From positions 13,206,001-13,270,000 of the forward strand of contig CM114271.1 of assembly GCA_050084515.1 (NCBI GenBank): 64,000 bases of DNA, read 5' to 3'. The notes below the pieces were generated by a model. It was not told the origin of the DNA, did no database searches, and was given only the letters and a program-made list of their open reading frames with translations. Below, one piece after another: positions 25,938 to 39,400 of this stretch; position 1 is the first letter of the stretch; each line of letters starts with the position of its first letter. A program made the position numbers and the translations under genes. The DNA comes from Blasia pusilla. Lineage: Eukaryota.

Positions 25938-28900
25938 CACTAGAACAAATTGCATATTATATGACTCTAATAGATGATTATGTTGAGTCATTGTTCACGA
26001 TAAATAACTCACGATGACTCATAACCATTAGAGTCATATAAACCAAGTCATATATAGGATATGACTCTCACTACCATATTGGGTAATGACTTAAGTCATT
26101 AGCTACTCAATCATTGATATATGACTAAGATGTCACGTGTGACAGACATGTCGGAGTGCCATGTTGGCGTATGACATGGCTAGAAGAAATGACATGGCAA
26201 AGTGAGAATCAAATGAAAAATTTCCACTTGTCGTACATGGGATCGCTAGATTGATTAGGCTCAATGAGACAATGACATGTGTAATGATATGAACAAATGA
26301 GTGAGTGACACGTGGTTGAAATGACTAAGTCATATGTCTTGATTGAGTCATACATACCAACCGCGTTATTTCTTATGACTATATGAGTCATTAAATATGA
26401 CTAGATTGGTTCTCAATTACGATTATTTTGGTCATCTTATGTGTGGTATAATGGTATTTCATAACTAAGTGAGACATTTTATTGATGGTTTGAGTCATTT
26501 ATCTCATGTCATTCATGACTGTACAAGTCATATTTCCTTACTATTTGAGTCATTGGGATGGTTTGAGTCATTTATCTCATGCTTTACATGACTCTACAAG
26601 TCATCTTTCCTAACCATTTGAGTCATAACGTTGACTGTATGAGTTATTATCATGACTACATTAGTCCTATTTTAACCACTAAATGATATTTTAGCCGTCT
26701 GAGCTATTTGGCATAATGTATTAGTCATTCACACAACACTATCAGCTGTGGTTTATTACTAGATCATGTATTGTTCACAGATTGCCATTGCTCCTCCTAG
26801 CGATTGTTAAATTAGAGGAGTTACTTTGGTAAGTAAGTGGTGGTCATCTAAGTAACATAATCCTCTTAATATAATTAGAGACTCTCTTAGATCAAGCAAG
26901 AAGTAATGTGTGAGCATGAATAGCATAGACAATGGTGAGGATAGACAAAATCTGAATCTGAAGATCTAGAAGAGGGACATATATCAAGCAAGTAATTCTA
27001 GGGTACATCCCAATTACAATGAATGCTGAAAACTATAGATAATCACAATCAAACCATTCTCTAATTGATGAAACCCAAAAATAGATGATTCATTGTATGT
27101 AAGAATCAAAGTATTTACATCTCAGCAAGTTGCAAAAAGGAACCAAGAGCATATGGAAACCAAACTACAAACAAATGCTCTGATGGAATCATTGTGAAAG
27201 TTTAAAAATTTATGAAAACCACCAAATCCAAAGATCCTAATGAACTAGTTTCTTAAGATTCAACTCCGGCTAGACGATTGAAGTTCCAACTACATCTCCA
27301 AGTGTTAGTTGAGCAAGTTTGTCCATTGTATTGGGCTCCCATAGTTGGTAATCTGGTTGAGAAGTATCATTAAGGTCTACTCAAACTAATCCAGGACCTA
27401 TATCCTTCCCGTGGAACTTATCTCGCCCACTCAAGCCCGAAACTGCTCCATGATCCAAAATATTCCGGCTAAGTTTTGGATGTGTGAGGTGTACTTCATC
27501 TCCCAAATGGAGCTACGCTCATACCAAATCAAAACATAAAGTTAATGGTGAATATAACAACGTCATCACAATTGATAAATTAGTATACTCTCAATCATTA
27601 CCTTGGTGAAGGTCCATCCATCTATTGGTAAAGTCCTTGAAAAGTTGACAAGCCCCACCTGGTTGGGTACCAGAATTAAGAATAAAAACACAAGAACTCA
27701 TCCATTTGTGTCACAAATCTACGAAAACACACATGAAATGTCAAGGCAAAAAGTGAAAGCCTGATTATTTTACCCTCTGTTTCTTGTTGTTTTGTACTTT
27801 CGGGCCACATTCTAACTCACTACCTATACTTGCAATCATCTTGGTGGTTGCCTTCATCTTCTTCTTGATCTTTGGTGAAGCTTGTATGTCCACTATTGCT
27901 TCACCTATAGAACATTAAACTTCAAAAATATTAATGTATGGAACATTATTATCACCTGCAAAAATTCTCACTTTCACCACTCATAAACACGGAATTTTAT
28001 TGAATTGGTTGTTGTTGTCATACATGCAGTTTGCTCCCATGCTTGACATGTATTTCAACATTCCTAGATCTCAACGAGTGCAAATATAATAATGAAAACA
28101 TGGACTAGAAAGAAAATAGAGTTGAGATATGCACCCTGGGATATTGTAGTAGTCACAAATTTAGCTTTTTCAGTACTGTTTATAAGGTGAGTATGATCAA
28201 TCTTCTCTTACATGCACAAGAGCAACAGAAAAATGCCAATAAATTTTGGTATGGTCTTAGCTAGTGAGATGAGTGAGTAATCACTCGCCATATCCAACTT
28301 GAAATTTTTCATTGCTGAAATATGGAATAGAGGTACGGAGAAATTGGAAAATGTAGGTACAAAATATGATATATGCTTAAGTGTTACCTTTGATCATTAC
28401 ACTTAAAGAGCTCTTGTTCAACACGTGGCTCACCGGATCAGCACTATGGACTTTCTCAGTTCTTGTGGAATTTTAGATATATATACATTCCAGATCATTG
28501 TATAGTTATGGTACATCTACATTAAAAATTTCCAGACATCTTGCAATCTCCGAATTTAAGTGATTAAACCTACAAGAAGATATGTCAAAGATTTTCACCT
28601 ATCAAAGTAGTCATATCTTCAAATCCAACATTCATGTGAGGCTTTGTCCTCCTTTTCTTAGGGGACTTTTTAGCCTCGGCAAGGTTCTCAACATTTTCTA
28701 TAAGCTCATGCGATTCTTAATGACGCCCACACAAGCCATACATAGAAGCAATTACATCATGATGTGGAAATGAGAAAAACTGATCAGAATTTAGAGTGCC
28801 TTAATGAAACCTAACTGGACTTATATGAGAAAAAGAAATTACTTTTTTCAGGGTTGGTGGCTTGTCTTCAAGTCCATGATCAATTGACACATTGGACGTT

Positions 28901-30160
28901 GTTTCTTTTCCACTTTGAGCTAATTTTGAGACCATGCGCAAAAGTACACTCAACTTCTCTTCAAGAAGTTGGTGACTTGCCTAAAAATCATTTCATTTAT
29001 TTTGTTGCTCCCTTTGGCCATTTTCAATTTGGGATCTCATATCATGTAGACCTTCATCCAATTTGGTCTCCACCTCATTCATGTGGGAAGTGAGATCTGA
29101 TTCGACTCCCTCTCAAGCATAACAGATAGATAATACAAGTTGTCCATGATTTCTATGACAAATTTCCATCATTTTCCTTTCTATCCATGGCATCATCACC
29201 AACCAATTTTGAAAACTTCTATGTAAGTTACCCGTGAAGCCCACTAAAATTTGTACTTGTGGGGTGTGATGATGGAACCTCTTCTCTTGCTGTTCCATGA
29301 GCAGAAATATCTCTTTTTGGAACCCCCTGAAACACATCCCACGTTGTAGGTGTCATTATGCAAACATTTGAAATCAGAAACAACTACAGGTTTAGTATAT
29401 AAGCTTATGGGAATTCCTAAATTGATAGAGTAGATACCAAAACAACACCCAAAAATTTGAAGCTATATTTTTACAAGTGAAAGTCAAAGCTCGTGTTAAG
29501 GGCTTATTGAGAAACCGTCTAAGCCTGATCAGCCGTTGTAGTTCAAAGTCTGAACATGTGATCAAGGTTTCATCATTTGCTCAGCCTTAAATTTCCCTGA
29601 TTTTGACATCCAATAGTCGACCATTCGTTCCCGCTCCACGACCGTTGCTTCAAGGTGGCAAGGGACTTCTCTATGGCTTGCATTCTTGAGCCAATAGGTC
29701 TTTAAAGTTGACCTCTCAATTTTTAAGAGTTGGGCAATTTTCTTTCTTAAAAACTCAAGATCCAAAACAAGTGCACCAACATAGATATAGGATTCATTTA
29801 TATAGTTGGTAACCATTGCCATACTCACATGGTTATGTCTACTTATCTCGATACATGACAAATTGAGCTAACACATGGCTGTACTTTGAGATCACTCAAC
29901 CAAGGCTCATAAACATGAACCTTGGTTTTAGAACACCTGTTTGGCATTAATTAGCAAGGAGGTTACAAATTGAGATCCGTGCGTTGATTTACTTCATTTG
30001 TCCATACATCACGCTTGGATCTAATTGCCCTACCCCCTGCATAAGTAGTAAAAATGGGACAATGTGGAAATCTGAGCAAATAAAATCACAAAATAAGCAA
30101 AACTTCAAGTGCACTTTAGCCAAGTGGGATCCCCAAACAATACAATTGACTGGAAAGTGT
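25938..30160 (-). mobile_element. CACTA/EnSpm element 3' part with decayed TnpA/Tnp1-like gene
   Basis: TIR CACTAGAACAAA at 25938, dense subterminal repeats to ~26680; minus frame 27240-27510 KFHGKDIGPGLV*VD...TLGDVVGTSIV*P resembles Tnp1/En/Spm C-terminal domain. Confidence 0.7.
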
Positions 30161-30168
30161 GAGAGAGA

Positions 30169-30259
<91 letters not shown>
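30161..30259. repeat. (GA)n microsatellite
   Basis: Direct observation; abuts LINE 3' end. Confidence 0.99.
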
Positions 30260-30261
<2 letters not shown>

Positions 30262-32288
30262 TAAACTCATTAAGTAGTGCTTGTCGTAGCCTTGCTACCA
30301 TAGACCCCGGGCCCTGGTTGGACGGTGCTTGAGACTGGGATGGGTGTAGAGAGAGAAGCAAGTGAAGAAGGTACCATATGAGAGGAGGGAGACACTCTCA
30401 TATAGTGTGAGTGCTAACCAAACAACGTGTTTGTGCGGAGCTTCCAAGTGTCAACCAAGAAACTCTTCACCACACAATCTACTTTACCTGATTGGGATCC
30501 CCAATAGACATTACTTACCAGTGAAGCAGCTTTGGGCAATGAATCAAGGCTATTGAATGTGTTGAAAAATTTTGGTGCTACCAGCTTAGCAATATCAGCA
30601 TATGCTCTTGCTCTGTGTGTTGTGAATTTTGCGCAGGAGACCAAGTAATGACTAGAGGTTTCGTCCCCATCGTCACACAAGGCGCAAGAGTTTAGTTGTG
30701 TTCCCATCCTGCTTTTCTTATGGTTCAAGTGGATTGCCCCCATCCTGAACTTGAACTTGAGCCGGGTTCCCAAGAAAGGGGTTCCCCGCAAACAGTTCTT
30801 CAGTTTTGCCTTCTCGGGATATACCATCAAGAGAGAGAGGTCAAACATTTTCATGGCTTCCTCCATGCTGTTCTACTGTGAGCGTTTGCCCACTACTTTG
30901 GTTATCCACGAATGCTTTCTCATCTTGCTCCCACAGTTTAGGCCTTGCTAGGAGCTTGGAAGCTTGCACAATCTCTTGAACCTTTTTCGTCCAAGATTTG
31001 GCCTGCTTTACGGGTCTTTTTTGGGTCCAGGTTTTCCCCATCATCTCTTTAGGATAGCGATGGGAGTCTATTGTCTCCAGATCCTCCGCCATTTTAACTT
31101 GGCAATATCACGTCTATCCTCCAAGTGTTTCAAACCTAGTTCTGATCTCACACCAACTCGGGCTGTTCGTGATGAGGTTGACATCATACCCCGAAACGCC
31201 TTCAGCTGTATAGCTTCAAGCCTCTCCCTTGGTTTGGTGTTGGCATCCCACACTGCTGCCCCGTATTCCAGCGAGGGACAAATGGTATGCAAAATGACAG
31301 AGCGCTTTACTTCTTATGTGATATCCCGGCAGTGTAGGAATCTAGACAGATCGTTCACCTTCTTGTGGCCTTTCTCAGTAGTCTTCTTGATGTGTGCATC
31401 CCATATGAAATATTCCGAGAATTCTATGCCCAGATAGGTGTATGTAGCCATACGGGGGATCTCTTGTTTGCCCTAGTACCACTGTTGGTCTTGGTCCTCC
31501 TCCTTGCCATTGAAAATCATCACACCGCACTTCAATACATTTGCCTTCATTTCCCACATGTCACACCAGATTTTGGTCAGGGAGATCATCTCTTGGAGTT
31601 TCTCTCCTATTTCCTCGAGGCCACCAAAGTCATCAGCAAACATTAGGGCAACAACAAAGTTGTTGTCTACCCATAGTCCACTATCCTCCATTTCTTCCAA
31701 TAGGAAATTCACGAAAATGTTGAAGAGAGTGGGGGAGAGCGGGCATCCTTGACCCATTCCTTGCTTGATGTCGAATGTCCCACTCTTTTGGCCATTCACC
31801 AGAACTCTACTCCTTGTGTTCTGGTACATCTTCTCCACCACCCTCCATATTTTCCCTCTCAGCCCCGCCTTCCACAAGCTATAAGATAGCCCGTCACGCC
31901 ATACAGTGTCATATGCCTTCTTGAGGTCCAAGAAGAAGCAATAGGTGGATTTCCCCTCTTTCTTCCTACCCTAGATAATTTGACTAAAGGTGAAGATGTG
32001 ATCCATGCATCCTCGGGCTTGCCTGGCCCTCCTTGATGACAGAATTCTCCTCCAAGTACACAGAGATCCTATTGTTGAGTATACGGCAAAGGAGCTTCCC
32101 GACTACACTCAACAATGTAATACCCCTGTAGTTTCTAGGGTCTTCTCGCTCACCCTTCTTGAAGAGGTTCACGATGATTCCCACCCGCCATCTTTGTGGG
32201 ATGACTTTTGCCTACTAGATCAGATTGAAGAGACTCACTAGAGAACGAGCCATAGCAGCATCACCATACTTCAACATCTCATTCACAA

Positions 32289-32764
32289 TGTCACGTCCTT
32301 TAGAATAGATCGGTGAGATCTAGTAGAGCGTCTTCAAGAGTAGTGGAGGACAGGCCTAGGAGGTCAAGGATGACCTACTGAGGCCTCGGGAAACCTAAGA
32401 GAGCAGGTTTCCCCTTCGTTTTGGCTCATTTGGAGCCATATTGAGGAACTTACTATTTTAGGTAAGTACCATTTTGAGTATATGATCACCTTTCTATTTT
32501 TGTTAAGTGGCCCTTGACCTCCTACATCAGGTCAAGAGCCGAAGAGGTGACTTGGGAGAATAGGTTACCATGGAGAGAGCTTGAGAGCTCATTCTCTCTT
32601 TGTTGAACCTCTTGGCATGAGGCGGCGGAGCTATGGTCCCTTGCCTTGTGAGTGTAACCCAAGCCTTTCATTAGGGGAGTGGGTTTGGTTTGACATGAGA
32701 GATAGTGCACACCTTTGAGAGCTATGGTGTGAGATTATGTAGAGAGAGATTGGATCGTACTTTA
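32289..32764 (+). repeat. Terminal repeat A1
   Basis: Near-identical to 41998-42512 apart from a ~39-bp deletion. Confidence 0.93.
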
Positions 32765-33379
32765 CAAAGAGAGAATGAGAGAATGAGAGAATGAGAGAAT
32801 GCGAGAATGAGAGAGTGAGATAGTGAGAGAGCTTCATGGGGGAGCTCGCTGGTCACTCGCTGTTTTTGCAGGTTGGGGACCGTGTTCCCCGTTCAACGGC
32901 TCATGGGAGTGCTCATCGGAGCAAGGGTTGCTTGGATTGTTCCTTGCATTAATTTGCCGATTTTTCGTGTGGAAGAGTGGCGCGCGGAAGCGCTACCCAA
33001 TTTCTAATAGGGATTGAGTATGGGGGCGGGTTGCCCCATGTCGGTGCTTTTGGGAGCACCATGTCGCTTGCTGATTTGCATTTTTACAGGTTTTACATTT
33101 TTGTTGGGAGGAATCAGCGCGGAAGCTTTGCCGAATGTTGGGTAGAAGAAAGAGACATTGGGCTTTACGACAGTCCCCGTCAGTGTTTACTGGAATCTCC
33201 GATTTCAAATTTTTTTATGTTGGCGTAGATCGTGAAGCTGTACATGCTGTGCAACAAACAATGTGCAATTTGGAGTTGCGAGCAAAACGTTATGGTCAAT
33301 CTTGCAAAACTGCCATTGCTAGGCGATTTTTAAGGTTAAATTGTGCAAACCCTAAACCAGCCGCCATACCGGCGGCGGC

Positions 33380-33500
33380 CGTCACCGACATAGTCACCGT
33401 CAACCATCAACGGTCAACCGTCACCAACGACGGTCAACCATCACCATCACCGTTCGTCCGTCACCATCAACGGTCAATCGTCACCGTCAATGGTCCACCG
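33380..33500 (+). repeat. Degenerate ~21-bp tandem repeats (CCGTCACCATCAACGGTCAA-like) in 5' UTR
   Basis: Direct observation; expanded version at 4370-4530 in copy 1. Confidence 0.75.
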
Positions 33501-34586
33501 TACGTTGTCCACCCTTGGTTGCCATTGCCGCCGCTGCGGAGTGGAGGGTCTTCCACAACGTTCGTTGATTCTCGGACTTGCGTCGCCATCACGTCATCAA
33601 CCTGTAATGGCATATGACCTCCTGTTATAGTGTTTGAGCTTTGATTTCCTGCTGCTATGTTGTGATTGGTAGCCGCTCAACGACGATCATGTGCCATGCC
33701 GTGACGCCCGTAGCCGCAACGCGTCGCCGATTGCCACACCGTGCCACTCATGGCCACACCACATCGTCTTGATCACAGAGCCGCTCCAGCATTGTGGAGC
33801 AGAGTGTGGGTTTATTGTTGATTGAGGAGGGTATGGGGCTAAATGCCGCATCCCATCATCGAGGGCCGTGCCGTTCGTAGCCGTTCCGTGCCGTCTGCAA
33901 CGCCGCACCGTTTCGCTGGAACTGCACCGTCTATCGAGGAGTTTTGAGTAACGTCAGTATGACTTGCTGATTGGAGGAGTTGTCTCCACGACCGAGTTGG
34001 GGTCGAGATTCGTAGTTGTTGAGGAGCGACATCGACATGTGTTCAAGTTACCCATTCTGGTCCTTTACCCTGCACGTGTGAGGGATTCTGGGATTCGGGT
34101 AGTTTATTTGAGGATATTGGGTGTGTGGATGCTGAGAGCATCATTTATGTATGTGATTTAGGGGACATAGACCTGTATGGGATGTCCAGAGTTGAGGGTA
34201 GGTTGTCGATGAGATGATAGCCTGGTCAATTTGCCGCACCACGCCGCTTATTGCCGCACATTACATGTCTCGGGGAAGGAGAGTGTAGATCGAGTGCCGC
34301 ATGTTTGGGATGAGTGATTGAGGGATTACTCGCGAGGCAAGAGTGATCGGGTGAGAAAGGCACGAGGGTCATCACGGCGTCCGTTCGGGACTTTGAGAGG
34401 CGAGGTGGTAAACCTGAGAGTAGCTCTAGAGGTTTTACGCGGAGTGGCGTGAGGTTCCGAGGGTCTTCACTTCAGGGACTACCTCGACCTCCTTCTGTGT
34501 CATCGTCAGACAAGGGGGAGGGTGTAGAGGAATTTGTGAGCACATCTCCACACATTGTGAGTGGTCCTACCAGTTAGGCGTACGAG

Positions 34587-35990
34587 ATGGACGATTGGGG
34601 TAGAGGACCGCATAGGTTTTCAGGTGGAGTAGGTACGATTGAGTTGCACGATTTCATAGCAGAGTTTAGGAGTTGGTGCGACTCCCAGCGGGCCAGGAAC
34701 TCTAGAGAGTTCAACCTGTTTACAGCATGGAACGATATGTTCCAGCATTTAGAGGGGGCATCCATGGACGATTACCATGAGTTTTCCCACATATATGCCC
34801 AGGAGATTGAGGCATGGCAACTCTACTACGACCCACACTATATGTCATGGACGGAGCCATTCCCAGATGAGGAGGAGGAGTCAGGAGAGGCTACTTCCTC
34901 TTCCACTAGTGATGTTTTAGGAGGGGTCACTCGCACTGGAGGAGTTGCACCGTCTAGTCGGGTTCGTCCCAGGTTCAACCTCGTGGTTGAGTTCTTTGCT
35001 GAGTTGAGGGCAAGCTAGCAAGGGGTATAGACGGAAAAGTTGCGGAGCATCCACAACTTCCAAAGGCGCCCGTGTGAGAGTTTACGTGAGGCTTACACTC
35101 GCTTGCGTCGGTTGATCAACGTCACTCAGGGGGTGATAGAGGCTCAGGCTATCCACTCATGGTACGCGATGCTGGACCAGACCCTACGGCCATGGGTGCA
35201 GGAGGGGGTACTTCTTATGATCACCTCCCCAACGTTGAGAGATGTTTTTAGGACCGCCGAGAACATTGAGCGCAACATGGCGGAGGAGAGCGTAGCCACC
35301 AGGGATTATGGGCGAGAGCAGTCGCGATTGGCTACACCACCTATGCAGCAACGTGGACTCCAAGATAGGTCAACTGTGGCACCACGAGCTCAGGGAGGAT
35401 ACCGGGAGCCCGTCGCACAGAGACTTGCGCCTTCATATGCGGCTCAACAGCAGCCGCCTACTATTACTTGTTGGTCATATGGTGGAGCCCATCATCAGCG
35501 CCATTGCACTCGTGAGGGTCATGGACGTATGCCTGAGCATGGAGGAGGAGATGGTGCTGCACCAAGAGGTTATCAGTGTGACTATTGTCAAAGGTATGGT
35601 CATACACGGGCCAGGTGTTTCAGTTTACATCCTGAGTTACGTTTGGACTGAGGGCCAAAGAGGACACTAGAGCGAGTAGCCGGTCCGAGTGGGCTACAGA
35701 TCGTGCACCAGGTGGTCCTGTTGGGGGACGAGGAGCTGGAGTTGCTCGACATGGTGGTGGAGCTGCCCGTGGAGGAGGTAGAGTACCACCACCTAGATGC
35801 GCCGAGGGAGACGCCGGATGTGAGGCTGGAATGGCTGCTCACATACAGCAGCTAGAGGAGTAGATTGCCGCTATGGCATTGAGGTTACCCGATGCCGGAT
35901 CCGTGGCATCGACATCATATGGAGCAGCTAAAGATCTACATGATCCTGGTTGGATGTGCGGGGTTGTTGAGATGGAGGCCGCCGCAGTTG
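34587..35990 (+). pseudogene. gag: gag with two CCHC knuckles
   Basis: FQRRPCESLREAYTRLRRL; TITCWSYGGAHHQRHC; YQCDYCQRYGHTRARC. Confidence 0.88.
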
Positions 35991-36519
35991 TGACGCGTGG
36001 AGCAGCCGTAGAGTTGGATCCATAGCGAGGGGAAGCCAGAAAACAAACTAGGCTTCCTCAGTCTTTCACTTTGTTTGAAGCGATGAGGACCCCATCGATG
36101 GGTCCTCATCAAAGTTCCTTAAGAGTTGGTGATGTTGTTGGTGTGCAGGCACGGAGGGTGATGGGAGAAGCGAGTACGACGACTCCTATTGTTGATGCTC
36201 ATGAGGGGCATGTGTTGACCACATTGTTGGGGGCGGCCACCATTGTGTACCGCACTCCTTTATTTTCTGCTTCCGATGTTATGACGTTGGGGGGTACGCC
36301 CGCCGAGGCTCTTCAGCTGGCCGCGTCACTTTGTGAGCCCGGAGTTGGAGTTCCTGCATCACGTTCAGAGGTGATTGCAGAGGAGGTAATCGACTTGCCC
36401 TTGGAGCGGATGCTCGGACTGTCCAAGTCAGATTCATGGCAGGCTGCGGCTGCTAGAATGGCGGAGATGCCCGCTAGACCCGCGATAGAGCGTGCCATGG
36501 CTTCTCCTGGTGTTGTGTT

Positions 36520-36900
36520 GCTGGATAACCGAGGAGAGGTCTTCTTGTTGGTACGTCCGGGAGGTAGAGCTTTTAGTCCGCAACGCGTCTTGTTGGACTT
36601 AGGAGCGCAACCCCTGATGTTGGGGAAAGCGTAATTCAGAGGATTGGGCTTGACGAGAGCCGATGTGGAGCGTTGTCCATTCCGGATACAGACATTCTTG
36701 GGTGGAGCGAGTACCACACAATATATCACCCGACAAGAGGTCGTGGTGAGGATTCGCCCGGGATATCCTACAGATGAGTCCATGGTGCGCGCCAAGGCGA
36801 TAGTGATTGATGCAGAGTCCTACGACGTCTTGGTTGGTGGAGCAGTGTTATACCCGATGGGTTTTTCCCTGGATTACTGGGAGGAGTCAGCGTCTATAGA
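36520..36900 (+). pseudogene. Aspartic protease
   Basis: RVLLDLGAQPLMLG ... YDVLVG. Confidence 0.8.
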
Positions 36901-37308
36901 CCAAGATGGCAGGTAGGTGATGGGTGCCTTAGCTCATTACCCGTTTGATTCACAGGTGCAGTGATCGAGCAACGGCCAGAAGAGATGGCGACCTTAGCAG
37001 CATTTACCAGTGCCATCACTTGGCCAAGTGATTTGATTGAGGGACATGTCCATGCAGAGGATACTCTTGTTCCTGACATTTCTATGGAGAGGAGTATTAT
37101 GGTAGCTGCATCATTCCGTGGAGGAGAGGTGCCGTTGTGAGGCTCGACTTAGGAGCTTCAACGATTGGCAGATGAGCACGTGCAGACCACGTGGAGCGAA
37201 GCGTTTGCACCAGAGCGTGACAGGTCTGAGGAACTCGAGGTAGCAAGGAGTGCTACAATGACACCCTTGGATACCACACCCATTATGTGGTGTATCCCGG
37301 GGGAGGGT

Positions 37309-38270
37309 ATTCGAGTGTTAGATCCCTTTGGAGGGATTAGCACCGGGTTAGCTGCTGTTTTGCAGACATGAGTGCGAGTACAACAGTACCTATATGTGGA
37401 GAGTGATGATGTTGCAAGGCGCGTCTCACTATGACATGTGGCGCAGTTATGCCTACGTTGTCCCGACTTATTGTCTGCGTCCGCAGTACATGGGTACTAG
37501 AGTTCCCTACCGAGGGATATTTCGTTGTTGGGGGCGCAAGACTTAGAGCGGGTAGGGACCATTGATTTGGTCATTTCCGGTTGGCCATGTCAGGGCCAAT
37601 CAAGTGCTGGACGAGGCAACGGGTTGGCTGACACTCGGTCCATGTTATTTTGGGAGATGTTGAGGGTCTTACGGCAGTTGCAGGAGCATCTGTCTCGTTC
37701 TCCAGCCTACATTCTGGAGAATGTGCCGATCTTAGGAGGCACGCACCTGATGAGCACTCATCACGAGTGGTGACGAGTGCTCATCAGGTGCGTGCCTAGA
37801 TTGGCCTAGCAGTGTTCTTGGATGCGGCGAGTGTAGGTTCTAGAGTCCATCGCATGCGTCTATGGTGGAACAACTTGGTGCCCCATGCGGTGTTACGCAG
37901 GGCGTATGCAAGAGTGGAGCGCCCCTCCCATTTATTAGTGGATTCCATTCTCGGTCCAAGTCGTCAATCACAGGCAGTGAGGCACGATGATCGACCACCG
38001 TTGACTGTGGTCAAAAGGGTAGGCAGGCCGCGGGCAGCCTTGCCCACGTTTGTGAGTTTTCCCGCTTCCTATGCATACAAGGAGGCTGGTCCTGGCTTGG
38101 TTTGGGATGACCAGGTTCAGCGGTTGGTGGAGCCCAACGCCCATGAGAGAGAGCGAGCGATGGGATTTCCCATAGGAGTGACGGCAGTACCGTCAGTGTC
38201 AGAGGCATCACGACGCCATGTCTTGGGTTAGGCGATGGACCTGAACTGCTTGACATGGATCCTCAGCTTG
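37309..38270 (+). pseudogene. DNMT3-like C5 cytosine DNA methyltransferase domain within pol
   Basis: Motif I IRVLDPFGGISTG, II YLYVE, III RDI, IV DLVISGWPCQG, VI YILENV, VIII LDAASVGSRVHRMRLWWNNL, IX ERERAMGFP, X RRHVLG*AM, in canonical order. Confidence 0.93.
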
Positions 38271-38612
38271 GGAGTGGCTGAGCAACGTCGTATGAGATGG
38301 CGACAGATCACAACGGTTGCGTTGGTGAGCCCCATGCCTACCGAGACGGTGGAGGCAGCGGCTGGGGGCGAGACCCGAGGAGATCTACGCACCAGGGGAG
38401 ATCGGGAGAGACACCCTTGGACTTCTTGGGATATTTTGCAGGTATGCAAGGAGATGATAGCCACAACATCGAGCATGGTTTCGGGCACAACACGTGGAGG
38501 AGATAAGAGTTTGCAGTTGGCTGCAGGAAAGCGAACGAGTGTTGTTGTTTGAGACAGGGTTGCACCATAGCAACCACCGATACCCGCGCCGGGGAGTCCT
38601 ACCGTAGTCACG

Positions 38613-39400
38613 ATGGAGACTTGGGAGTCAGATATGGGCCCTAAGTTGAAACGAGGAGAGTGGCGCCGAATACATCAGTTCCTCAGGAGTTATAGGAGCT
38701 ACTTTGCATTTAGCATGGAGGATTTGGGTACGCTGAAGGGCCCGGGGATCCGCATTGAGTTGTCGAGTGATACGACGATCTTCCGAAAACCCTACAAGTA
38801 TAGAGATATGGAGAGGGCTCTGATTCAGAGTAGGAGCCAGGACTTGGTCAGAGCAGAACTAGTGGAGATGTCGCATGGGGAGTATGCATTTGCCACTGTC
38901 ATGCCCTCCAAGAAGGATGTGCATGGCAACTGGACGGATAGGCGCATGTGTGGGGATTACCGACCTATCAATCGGCAGACGAAGTCCGATAGGTATGCCA
39001 TGCCCACCCCTGAGGAGATCTTTGATGCGATTGGTCACGCAAAGGTCTTCAATTCATTGGATTTGCGAGCCGGATACCATCAGCTGCCTATCAGATTGGA
39101 GGACATGCAGAAGACGGCATTTTGGGGCATCGATCCTCACGGGAAGGATTTTTTGTACCAGTGGCGGTTCTTACCATTTGGGTTAAAGAACGCCCCGGCT
39201 GAGTTTCAAAGGGTCATGGATAGGATCTTGGCTGGTCTGGATTTTTCTAGGTGTTATATTGATGACATCGTAGTCTTTAGCGCCACGGTTGAGGAGCATG
39301 AGCGACATCTAGAGGAGGTGTTTCGACGATTGCAATAAATGGGCTGAAGCTACATCCAGGCAAGTGCAAGTTCTTCTACGACCAGATTGAGTACTTGGGT
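38613..39400 (+). pseudogene. pol: Gypsy reverse transcriptase
   Basis: RMCGDYRPIN, LDLRAGYHQ, PFGLKNAPAEFQ, YIDDIVVFS. Confidence 0.96.

Noticed and set aside
37309-38270. Host DNMT3/DRM gene or bacterial restriction-modification methylase
   Set aside because: Intronless, embedded between PR and RT, present in two TE copies, no nuclease partner
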